A program made the translations under genes and the position numbers. A stretch of 36,637 bases of DNA from Patescibacteria group bacterium. GTDB lineage: Bacteria; Patescibacteriota; Minisyncoccia; UBA6257; GWB1-50-10. Where the stretch lies: contig JBBTYZ010000024.1 of NCBI GenBank assembly GCA_038061595.1, positions 1 to 36,637 of the forward strand. The letters are read 5' to 3'. Under the pieces are notes generated by a model. That model was not told where the DNA came from and did no database searches. It was given only the letters and a program-made list of their open reading frames with translations. Shown one piece after another: positions 1 through 7,427 of the stretch (positions are counted from its first letter, which is position 1; every line of letters starts with the position of its first letter).

Positions 1-1006
1 CTTGCAAACTACCAGCGCTTGCGACGACGGAATAAGCGTTCCCGCTACGAAGCATGGATTCCAGTGCATTGTTTCTTTCGAAAAGCGGGGTGACTCTTTC
101 TGAAAGTTCGGGATTGATACGAACGTCATTGGGACACCAGTAACCCTCGGGAGAATGGTAAACCTCCCAAGCATGACCAGGAAGTCCGCCGTCTAGACAT
201 GGCTTGATTCCACTTTGCGCCTGATCCAATGCGATGTCTATCGCACGATCACCGCCCAATGCGATGGCAAGCGAGAGACCTCCACGACGAAGCGTATGTT
301 TCACCACGTCGTTCATATAATCCACCACAAGATGTCGTGGTTCTATGTTCCTATTTCCGTGAGTGGATTCCAAAAACAAAAGATCCAAGCCCCGAATCTC
401 TGGAGGAACGTTCCAAGGACTCATCCCCGCTAAAGTTGGGGTGTCAGAAGTAGAAACGTCTCCGCTGAAACCAACTCTCTTGCCGTCAGCCTCGACAACT
501 ATGTAGGCCGACCCACGAGTGTGTCCGTTGGAGTTGAAATAAACACGCACTCCGCGCTCGAGGTGCATCCAACCAGGCCTCGTAACGAGAATGGTTCTCT
601 TCCGAATGTCTTCGTGAAGAGCGATGTCATACGGGACAAGTCCAGGATAGTCGAAAATCCTAGCCATCCTTGCAAGATCAGACCAGCTCGAACCCAGAAA
701 ATGAAAAGTAGGAAGCGTTGTGATGAGAGTCGCTTTCGGAAACTTCTTCATAAGCCACGGCACCATTCCGCTGTGATCGTTGTGCCGGTGAGTAAGAAGA
801 ATATAATCAATCTTTTCGAGATTTGATACGCTCTTTGGCGTAACCGCCCTTTGAGTATTGCCGCTAGAGTCTTTTAGTCGTTCGTACCCGATACCATAGT
901 CCACGACCATGGTAACTCCCTGCTCTGTTTGGAGCAGGTTGCCTGAAGCGGAAAATCCGGAACCTCCGGACTTCCCCGGACAGGCCCCTAGAATTGTGAC
1001 TTTCAC
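1..1006 (-). CDS. MBL-fold beta-CASP ribonuclease (3' end outside window)
   Basis: Manually translated; absent from the ORF track because it runs off the edge. GTG start at 1006 after AGGAGGGAGG. Motifs: VVDYG, LLTHRHNDHSG (HxHxDH), NGHTRGS, FSGD, LFLESTHG, RRGG, VVASAGSL. Confidence 0.9.
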   Translation of the reverse strand, partial: MKVTILGACPGKSGGSGFSASGNLLQTEQGVTMVVDYGIGYERLKDSSGNTQRAVTPKSVSNLEKIDYILLTHRHNDHSGMVPWLMKKFPKATLITTLPTFHFLGSSWSDLARMARIFDYPGLVPYDIALHEDIRKRTILVTRPGWMHLERGVRVYFNSNGHTRGSAYIVVEADGKRVGFSGDVSTSDTPTLAGMSPWNVPPEIRGLDLLFLESTHGNRNIEPRHLVVDYMNDVVKHTLRRGGLSLAIALGGDRAIDIALDQAQSGIKPCLDGGLPGHAWEVYHSPEGYWCPNDVRINPELSERVTPLFERNNALESMLRSGNAYSVVASAGSLQ

Positions 1007-1084
1007 ACGACCTCCCTCCTCTTTGTTGTACCCACCCACCAAGGGGTGGGGTTTTGCAGATATTACCTCAAGGTTCTGAGCGGA

Positions 1085-1113
1085 ATTCTAAAATAAAAAA
1101 TAGTTTATGTCAA
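1085..1113 (-). promoter_or_regulatory. sigma70-type promoter for the beta-CASP gene
   Basis: Minus strand TTGACA-N17-TAGAAT, about 80 nt upstream of the GTG. Confidence 0.65.
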
Positions 1114-1135
1114 TCTTTAGATATAACTCATTATT

Positions 1136-1166
1136 AAAACAAAATCGGGAGGATTTCTCCTCCCGA
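1136..1166 (-). terminator. intrinsic terminator
   Basis: Hairpin TCGGGAGGA-N4-TCCTCCCGA (1145-1166), followed on the minus strand by TTTTGTTTT, just after the stop at 1180. Confidence 0.75.
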
Positions 1167-1179
1167 CACTACTAATTAT

Positions 1180-1854
1180 TTATATTTGAGCTGCAAGCAA
1201 CGCAGACGGCGCCACTTGTGAAAGATCCGAATCGGTTGGTCCGAACCTCTCTACTCTGAACACAACAAGATCATCGCCGGATGCCCAATCCGAATGGAGT
1301 TTTAGAAAATACTCCTCGCCGGAAAATCCGACGACCCTCAACCAAACGGGTTCGAATCCCCACTGTTCGCCCCATTCTTTAGGGTGAGTGCCCGGAATGT
1401 AGTCCACTAGCGGACCGGCCAAAGCAGGGTGAGCCCTGAAGTTCTCTCGGAAAGGGTGTGGTCTCCCAAAACCGAATTTCACCTTTTCGGACTCGCGCAT
1501 GCAGAAAGCTTTCACTCCCGGCAAACGAAACAGAGTCCATTCAAAACAAGGGGGAGCGATTCCCAAAGACTTGAGTTCGCTCAATGTCTCGCCACACGAG
1601 AAGAAAACTGATCCAAATGAATCCACAAGCGAGTCATTATGATTGGATTTGAAATACAGCCTGTGCGCATCACTAAGAGAATGGTGACGAAAGATAGGGT
1701 CTCCTGGATTGATGCCGGCCACAGTCTTTTGCGCCACCATCCTCAACGCTTCTTCTCCGAAAAAGACCATGCCCAGGCTTACGCCGAGGTCTTCCGAAAT
1801 CGGGAAAAATCTCCGAGTGTAATCAGGAAGGACTGCCCTTGCTCCGATTGTCAT
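1180..1854 (-). CDS. hypothetical protein
   Basis: ORF 1180..1908. Likely start is MTIGAR at 1854, which has an AAGGAG SD and an ATGA overlap with the upstream stop. No family recognised. Confidence 0.7.
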   Translation of the reverse strand: MTIGARAVLPDYTRRFFPISEDLGVSLGMVFFGEEALRMVAQKTVAGINPGDPIFRHHSLSDAHRLYFKSNHNDSLVDSFGSVFFSCGETLSELKSLGIAPPCFEWTLFRLPGVKAFCMRESEKVKFGFGRPHPFRENFRAHPALAGPLVDYIPGTHPKEWGEQWGFEPVWLRVVGFSGEEYFLKLHSDWASGDDLVVFRVERFGPTDSDLSQVAPSALLAAQI

Positions 1855-2597
1855 TTCGAACTCCTTCGGGTTTCTCCAGCACAGTAAACGCATCCGGGAA
1901 CTAGGCACTCGAAAACCGGGACTACGTCCCTGCCTGCCACGAAAGCGTCAAACCACAAAGAGAAAGCGTTGCGATGATCCGGAGCAAACTCAGCACCGAA
2001 TTCGCAAATTTCTTCTGGGGTTAAAAGATAATGCGCGGAGAGCTCGTCATGAAGACTAGGAGAATCGTTCTCAAACTGAATATCACATGCGAATATCGCT
2101 CTCACGTGGGGAATCTTTTTTTCTGCAAATTCCCTACGTTGATTCGGAATGTGACTCTCCAAGACCTTGGTTAGCGAACCGAAGTTACGAGGCAAGATAA
2201 CACAACCGATTTCTTCGAAAACTTCAGAGGCTGCTGTTGTCTTTAGAAGAAGATCCCATCCAGGACTACTCGCAATGCCACGCCATGTTTTTGCGGCGTC
2301 TTCTATGCTACCCAAAGCTGAGTAGCGAGCGAGATCGAGTCCAAGGCCTTCTAGTTCTTTCATCGAAGAAACCTTTGATGCGAAGTTGCCGATAGTTACC
2401 ACATCGCAACCTCCACCAGGATGCTTCACGTACGTCTTGGGTGACTCAGAACCATCTTCTTTGTCCCGAATGATGTGAAACACGCGTTCGTTCGAAACAA
2501 TATCCTTGGGCACTATACAGAATGCCGCAATGTCTGGAAGAACCGCCATAGGCGTTCCTTGATGCTGCTGGGCGAGAGCTGTCGTTGCGCTATTCAT
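1851..2597 (-). CDS. Nudix-fold-like protein with interrupted Nudix box and C-terminal Cys cluster
   Basis: KHPGGGCD ... TAASEVFEEIGC resembles the two halves of GX5EX7REUXEEXG; C-terminal CLVPGCVYC; GAAGGAGG SD before ATG 2597. Confidence 0.6.
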   Translation of the reverse strand: MNSATTALAQQHQGTPMAVLPDIAAFCIVPKDIVSNERVFHIIRDKEDGSESPKTYVKHPGGGCDVVTIGNFASKVSSMKELEGLGLDLARYSALGSIEDAAKTWRGIASSPGWDLLLKTTAASEVFEEIGCVILPRNFGSLTKVLESHIPNQRREFAEKKIPHVRAIFACDIQFENDSPSLHDELSAHYLLTPEEICEFGAEFAPDHRNAFSLWFDAFVAGRDVVPVFECLVPGCVYCAGETRRSSK

Positions 2598-2701
2598 GCG
2601 CACCTCCTTCTGGTTTTTGGTCTCTCTTATCCCGTTAAAACAAATAATGTTGTCGTGGTGCTAGAAACAGTTTTACAACAAAAGTTTTAAAAAGTCAACT
2701 A

Positions 2702-2977
2702 TTATTGCAAAAGATCGTTAAGGTCATCGAATGATTCTTTTTCTTTTTCCAAACCATCAAAACCGGCGGGAGCAGAAGATTTTCTAGATGAGGTTGGCGC
2801 GGGATCGGAATTTGCGGGTGGTGTGAGTGGAACAACTGAAGCCGTTTCGTTCCCAAAGCCCGAATCAACCGGCCTTGGATTTGTTTGAAACAAAAACGGG
2901 ACAAAAGAGAAGACCATGCCCGCAATGACTATTGAGACCACAAAAATTGAAAAATTCTTTTTTGTTTTTTGATCCAT
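2702..2977 (-). CDS. small membrane-anchored hypothetical protein
   Basis: 91 aa; N-terminal hydrophobic helix, Pro/Ser-rich tail; co-oriented with upstream genes. Confidence 0.7.
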   Translation of the reverse strand: MDQKTKKNFSIFVVSIVIAGMVFSFVPFLFQTNPRPVDSGFGNETASVVPLTPPANSDPAPTSSRKSSAPAGFDGLEKEKESFDDLNDLLQ

Positions 2978-2997
2978 AAATTAATTAATAACGTGTT

Positions 2998-3567
2998 TCA
3001 TCCAAATAGTTGGGTCTGCGAGGAAGCTTCTTCTTTATACATCAGCGGAAGTTTATGCATCTGCGCAGAGTTGCGTTCTGGAATCCAAAGATATCCTTGG
3101 TTTTTTATAAGATCGAATATCTCTTTAGTTATCTTAACATCTTGCAAACAATAATTTTTAAGCTTCTCCATCTCTCCATTACGATAGAGTGCGATTGCCT
3201 CAAGTCCATGACCCGTCTTTGACAAACCAAGATTAGCTTCGCCCAAAACACCCAAACCGACTCTTCGGCCAAAAGTTTTTTCAATTTCCTCTAATATATC
3301 GAAATGAGGTATTGAATCTATTTTAAAATTAAAATATTTTTCAAGAACTGGAATATCAAAACGCTTACTTGAGAACCCAATGACAAGACTGGCGGTTTTG
3401 AACAACTTTCCTAATTCATCGAGTTGGTTCTCGTCAAAACAGAAATATTTGTCTTCATTATAAGAATAAGCGCCCACAACCGAAACCTCTAACTGCCTTA
3501 GATTCTTGTCCCCGCCTACGTCCGCGAAAGAATTCTTTGTTTCAATGTCAAAAACTATTTTGTCCAT
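2998..3567 (-). CDS. RNase H-like (DEDD, YprB/RNase_H_2-type) exonuclease domain protein
   Basis: IVFDIET (ExoI), GFSSKRFDIPVL (ExoII), YCLQDV (ExoIII). Confidence 0.85.
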   Translation of the reverse strand: MDKIVFDIETKNSFADVGGDKNLRQLEVSVVGAYSYNEDKYFCFDENQLDELGKLFKTASLVIGFSSKRFDIPVLEKYFNFKIDSIPHFDILEEIEKTFGRRVGLGVLGEANLGLSKTGHGLEAIALYRNGEMEKLKNYCLQDVKITKEIFDLIKNQGYLWIPERNSAQMHKLPLMYKEEASSQTQLFG

Positions 3568-3573
3568 TCTAAT

Positions 3574-4059
3574 TTATACGTGCCTATCTGCAACCTTCGA
3601 GGCGGCATAGCTATCCGGTTTAGTTTTTGCTTCAAAATTATTAGCTCTTATCATTCCCACCACTTCCTGGATAAGCGTTTTCGTCTCTCCAACTTCGCCT
3701 ACGTCTGCATGGACCTCAAAGTCCCAGTTTGTGAAAGACGGCATTTTTTTAAGTTCGGTTAAAACCTCGTGGGCGACATCGATTGAGAGCAATACTTCTC
3801 TTATAATACGGTCGCGAAGAGTATAAAATTTGCCGAGCTCTGTTCTCCTCCAAAAATAACGGCCTCCGTTTCCAAGACGATGAACGACAACTGCGGTCAC
3901 AAAATCAGCATCTTTAGAAGCAAGTTGTTCGGAATCTGATCCTATAATAACTTTATAATTCTTTTTTGGATCGCTTTGCATAAAGCGAATAACTTCGGCA
4001 ACCACGTCTCTGGTTCCTATTTTAAGACCGAATGAAGTAGTGAAAAGATTGTCCTCCAT
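3574..4059 (-). CDS. ribonuclease H-like YkuK (DUF458) family protein
   Basis: VIIGSDS, FVTAVVVHRLGNGGRYF, EVHADVG, KPDSYAASKVADRH. Confidence 0.85.
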   Translation of the reverse strand: MEDNLFTTSFGLKIGTRDVVAEVIRFMQSDPKKNYKVIIGSDSEQLASKDADFVTAVVVHRLGNGGRYFWRRTELGKFYTLRDRIIREVLLSIDVAHEVLTELKKMPSFTNWDFEVHADVGEVGETKTLIQEVVGMIRANNFEAKTKPDSYAASKVADRHV

Positions 4060-4064
4060 ATATT

Positions 4065-4334
4065 AGAACCTATCCCAATAATAATTCCTAACGCGCTACT
4101 TGCCAATTTGGTTTAGAACAAGGCGCGACGACGAGATGTACTCAGACAAGAGTCCATCAAGGAGAAGCAACGCAGTTATAAATCAAATTGGCTGTATCCC
4201 TTCGGGTTGCTGGCCAAATTTAAGATTTCTGCGTTACGCCTCGTCGAAGTATTGACACACATCTCCTCGGCAAGCCTGGAAATCTTAAATTTGTCCAAGC
4301 AACGCGTTCCGGGATTATTATTGAGATAGGTTCT
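4065..4334. repeat. 270-bp palindromic (MITE-like) element, copy 1
   Basis: Terminal IR AGAACCTATCCCAATAATAATTCC / GGGATTATTATTGAGATAGGTTCT (22/24 match), plus two internal IR-bounded arms. Confidence 0.75.
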
Positions 4335-4358
4335 TAAGAACGATATTCTTGGGCTGAA

Positions 4359-4374
4359 TGTTTGTCAACAAACA
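4359..4374. promoter_or_regulatory. 16-bp palindrome TGTTTG-N4-CAAACA (candidate protein-binding site)
   Basis: TGTTTGTCAACAAACA, identical to the copy at 21982-21997. Confidence 0.55.
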
Positions 4375-4381
4375 AATGTAG

Positions 4382-4465
4382 TGCCGAGGGAGAGATTTGA
4401 ACTCTCATGCCCTTGCGGGCGCTAGCTCCTAAGGCTAGTGCGTCTGCCAGTTTCGCCACCTCGGC
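4382..4465 (-). tRNA. tRNA-Leu (anticodon TAG)
   Basis: GCCGAGG...CCTCGGC acceptor stem, CTAGC-CTTAGGA-GCTAG anticodon arm, long variable arm, GTTCAAATC T-loop; CCA not encoded. Confidence 0.95.
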
Positions 4466-4590
4466 CGATTGAACCCCCTGGGCTCATTTCTCGATTAATT
4501 TATTGTACTTCGTTTCACGAAGCGATTGGAAATCCGAACCTCGCAAGCTCGGTGGGATTTCCTAATCGATTGTATCAAATAAGCCCTGTA

Positions 4591-4619
4591 TTGACAAATC
4601 TATTTAATTTTGTTATGAT
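4591..4619 (+). promoter_or_regulatory. sigma70-type promoter
   Basis: TTGACA-N17-TATGAT, 47 nt upstream of GTG 4667; GAGGAGG SD follows. Confidence 0.7.
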
Positions 4620-4666
4620 ATATGCAGAAGCTTAACAACACAAACAACTGACCCGAGGAGGGCGAA

Positions 4667-5578
4667 GTGTACACAATCTTGACGTTGTTGCTGCTCGTTG
4701 TTGCTCTGTGGATTCTCGTGGCCGGTTGGCGCGATATCACGAACAACACAATCGCCGCAGCCTACCTTTGTGGTAGGTATTGGACGGCGCTGGAGCAAGG
4801 ATGGCAGTGGTGGTGGCCTTGGCCCTTTGGGCGCCACGAGGAATACTCGAGAAAGCCGATACCGATTTCTGACACGGTGAAGGTCAATACAAAAGAGAGC
4901 GATGGAGACAAGCCGGGTGGATCGAATAAGGTGACCCTGGATTACTCGTTCACCTTCCAGCCCGACTTCAATCTTCTGGGCACCTACCGGCGATGGGATG
5001 TCGAAACAATCGTAGCCGACTTGAAAGCCGAGATCAGATCACAACTCTCGATCTTGGGCGGCAAGCACAGCTACGCAGACTTCATCAAATCTCATCGGGC
5101 AATCGAAACAATCATCGACTGCCTGCTCCGACTGGATGTTCTGCCACATTACGATCCCAAGAGCTTCGGCTTGACCGGAGTGGATGTCGTTCCGCCGGAC
5201 AAGCGGATTGCTTTCTACGACGAACACCATCACGAGATCAACCTTCGGTTGAAGAGTGAGGTTGATCGACCGGGACGCATTTCGAGATTCGAGGAGAAGT
5301 ACGGAATAGACATCGGTGGCTTCCATCTCGATCCAGCCGCCTTCTCTCCTGAGCTGACGGCAGCGCTTGAGCTCGAACGAGGGACCAAGCAGAAACTCGC
5401 TGCGGTGGATGCTGTCACCTCGAAGATCGATGAGGTGACAAAGAAACTGCCGAAGCTCCCGATTCAAGAAGCGGCAGATCTCGTCCAGGCAACACTCGGC
5501 GTTCCGACCAAGATCATCAAGGTCCGGAGCGGCGGCGCGGTGGACGTCTGGCTCACACCCGACGCGGAGAAGGTATGA
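4667..5578 (+). CDS. SPFH/band-7-like membrane protein
   Basis: N-terminal TM; GRYWTALEQGWQWWWPWPF matches the band-7 start pattern; EEKYGIDI followed by a helical tail. Confidence 0.7.
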   Translation: MYTILTLLLLVVALWILVAGWRDITNNTIAAAYLCGRYWTALEQGWQWWWPWPFGRHEEYSRKPIPISDTVKVNTKESDGDKPGGSNKVTLDYSFTFQPDFNLLGTYRRWDVETIVADLKAEIRSQLSILGGKHSYADFIKSHRAIETIIDCLLRLDVLPHYDPKSFGLTGVDVVPPDKRIAFYDEHHHEINLRLKSEVDRPGRISRFEEKYGIDIGGFHLDPAAFSPELTAALELERGTKQKLAAVDAVTSKIDEVTKKLPKLPIQEAADLVQATLGVPTKIIKVRSGGAVDVWLTPDAEKV

Positions 5579-6063
5579 CCGACAACACTGTAGTGCCTAG
5601 CGAGGATGAAGCGGTGAAGCCGGCCACGCACAAGGCAGGTTCCAGGAACGTGATCGCATTGATACTTTCCGTATTCATTTTCATTGCGCTCATCACGATC
5701 ATCGCGAAGATCGACTGGCAACTCCCGAAGTTCGGGTCTTCGTCGAAGGCGCCGCCAGCATCAACGCAGTATCCGGTCTGCCTCGGCGCGGAGAACTCGA
5801 GCATCACTTTCAAGCGCGGCGAAACGAAGAAGGTTGTGAAGCCGCAAGAACACTGCTTTGGACCGTGGGTGAATACACCTCCGGGGTCAACCTGGAGGGT
5901 GACGCCCACAGAAGGGAGACGGGCAGAGATATTGCTTTGGGACGGATCTGGTCCGTACGGAGTGAGTGCGGACACGAACATCTGGCTCGGAGAAGTGCAT
6001 CGGGCAATCTTCCGAGTCCGGGGAGCAGATTCCGTCATCGTCACGGTTTCGGGCAAGAGTTGA
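5575..6063 (+). CDS. membrane-anchored hypothetical protein
   Basis: ATGA overlap with the SPFH gene; single TM, then a beta-rich-looking domain with a Cys pair. Confidence 0.7.
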   Translation: MTDNTVVPSEDEAVKPATHKAGSRNVIALILSVFIFIALITIIAKIDWQLPKFGSSSKAPPASTQYPVCLGAENSSITFKRGETKKVVKPQEHCFGPWVNTPPGSTWRVTPTEGRRAEILLWDGSGPYGVSADTNIWLGEVHRAIFRVRGADSVIVTVSGKS

Positions 6064-6085
6064 GCGCTCGGAACAATCAGTAAAC

Positions 6086-6118
6086 AAAAGCCGCGAGAGA
6101 AATTTCTCGCGGCCTTTT
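6086..6118. terminator. bidirectional intrinsic terminator
   Basis: AAAA-GCCGCGAGA-N6-TCTCGCGGC-CTTTT between convergent genes. Confidence 0.8.
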
Positions 6119-6140
6119 GCTTTCTAGTAGAAAATTGATT

Positions 6141-6509
6141 TTAGAACGCGGGGTTGGTACCGGTTGGAAGAGTTGTTGGGACACTAATGCCAACGAAAGT
6201 TCCGAGAATGGCCGGAATAGCGAAGGCTAGAGCGGCAATGACAATCGCAACGACAGCGTAGGTCAACTCCTGTTTAGCCTTCTTCACTTTTTCTTCATCG
6301 CCAGCCGCAGTTAAATATGTAAATGCAGCCAAAATAATGAAAAGCGCCGCGACTATGAAGAATAGATAAGCGGCTATATTAACCACTTGTTTTACCAAAT
6401 TTAAGACGGCATCTACAGTCGTCGGGGCGGCAGCGAAAGCCAAAAAAGGCATTGCAACAAGACCAACGATAACTGATTTTACTACGATATTTTTTAATTT
6501 TAAATTCAT
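6141..6509 (-). CDS. TrbC/VirB2-like pilin
   Basis: Signal peptide ending AFA; two hydrophobic helices flanking YLTAAGDEEKVKKAK. Confidence 0.85.
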   Translation of the reverse strand: MNLKLKNIVVKSVIVGLVAMPFLAFAAAPTTVDAVLNLVKQVVNIAAYLFFIVAALFIILAAFTYLTAAGDEEKVKKAKQELTYAVVAIVIAALAFAIPAILGTFVGISVPTTLPTGTNPAF

Positions 6510-6562
6510 GGAATTAATCGGATAATTCGACCTTTTGAATTGATTTTATTATATCACAATCA

Positions 6563-6925
6563 TTACGAGCCGCTACCAAGGACGCTTTTTATAATTAGCG
6601 CCACCCCTCCGCTTAAGAGTATTATTGTGTATCCGATAACTGCGTAAAGGATGGTCTTTTTCCCCAACTTGAACTTCTCCGGATCGCCTCCGGCGAACAT
6701 CATTTGATAGGCGCCTATGATAATCATTCCGGCAACTATTGGGGCGGCAACCACAATCAAGAAATTAATTATCTTTGTTATGAGCTCAGAAACATCGCTC
6801 ACTCCCAATGGGTTTGCAAGATCTATCGTTCGCGGATTTGTACCACCCGTATCTGCAAACACAAAACTCGAAGACATTACAGAAAGGAATGCGACTAATA
6901 CTGAAGTTTTTAAAATCTTTAACAT
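6563..6925 (-). CDS. TrbC/VirB2-like pilin
   Basis: Signal peptide, LANPLG, MFAGGDPEKFKLGKKTILYAVIG. Confidence 0.85.
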   Translation of the reverse strand: MLKILKTSVLVAFLSVMSSSFVFADTGGTNPRTIDLANPLGVSDVSELITKIINFLIVVAAPIVAGMIIIGAYQMMFAGGDPEKFKLGKKTILYAVIGYTIILLSGGVALIIKSVLGSGS

Positions 6926-6938
6926 CTTTTTAATTATA

Positions 6939-7298
6939 TCAAGAACAGGTGATGCTTGCCCAAGGATAATCAGGGTTGCCGGTTAATACATGAAGAAGGG
7001 TTCCAATTATAACCCAAGCGACCAAGGCAATGGACAATCCGATAACAGCGCTTGTTATTATCTTTTTTCCAGTTGCGAATCGCTCCTCGGAACCTGCCGC
7101 AAACATTAGTATGATGGCGCCATACACCATCATTATAACCGCGATGGGGATGGAAACTTGAAATAGAAATTTGACGATATTCGAGGCAACTACAACCGCA
7201 TCGCAAAAATCACACGGGCCTTTTATGTTGCAGGTTATTCCGCCAGCGCCAGTATTCTGCCAAATATTTATAAATTGAGCCAAAAAAAATTCTTTCAT
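6939..7298 (-). CDS. TrbC/VirB2-like pilin with Cys motif
   Basis: CNIKGPCDFCD, then MFAAGSEERFATGKKIITSAVIG. Confidence 0.85.
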   Translation of the reverse strand: MKEFFLAQFINIWQNTGAGGITCNIKGPCDFCDAVVVASNIVKFLFQVSIPIAVIMMVYGAIILMFAAGSEERFATGKKIITSAVIGLSIALVAWVIIGTLLHVLTGNPDYPWASITCS

Positions 7299-7427
7299 CC
7301 CTCACCCTTGAAGGATTGCTGGCCTCAGCAATACCTTGTTGTTGCTTTTGATTTGACCTTTGGTATTTATGTTCTGGTTCATTGTTTTTATGAATTATTG
7401 ATTGCTGATCCTTCAAGGGTGAGGGAT
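7297..7427 (-). repeat. hairpin element A between stop and start codons
   Basis: Perfect 20-bp IR ATCCCTCACCCTTGAAGGAT (7297-7316 / 7408-7427), overlapping the upstream TAA and the downstream ATG. Confidence 0.85.

Noticed and set aside
215-826. Plus-strand ORFs in the track
   Set aside because: Antisense shadows of the beta-CASP gene.
1031-1055. Hairpin CCCACCC-N6-GGGTGGG in the beta-CASP leader as a riboswitch or attenuator
   Set aside because: Single short stem; the T-tract is on the opposite strand; no recognisable aptamer.
5553-6056. 167-aa minus-strand ORF
   Set aside because: Antisense to 5575..6063, which has the ATGA coupling, TM segment and terminator.
4382-6118. tRNA-integrated genomic island carrying the SPFH pair
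   Set aside because: The cassette lies at the tRNA 5' side; no integrase or duplicated tRNA 3' end was seen.
7296-7382. TGA read-through (genetic code 25) joining the uORF to the pilin
   Set aside because: Many genes here end in TGA with ATGA overlaps and conserved genes have no internal TGA, so code 11 applies.
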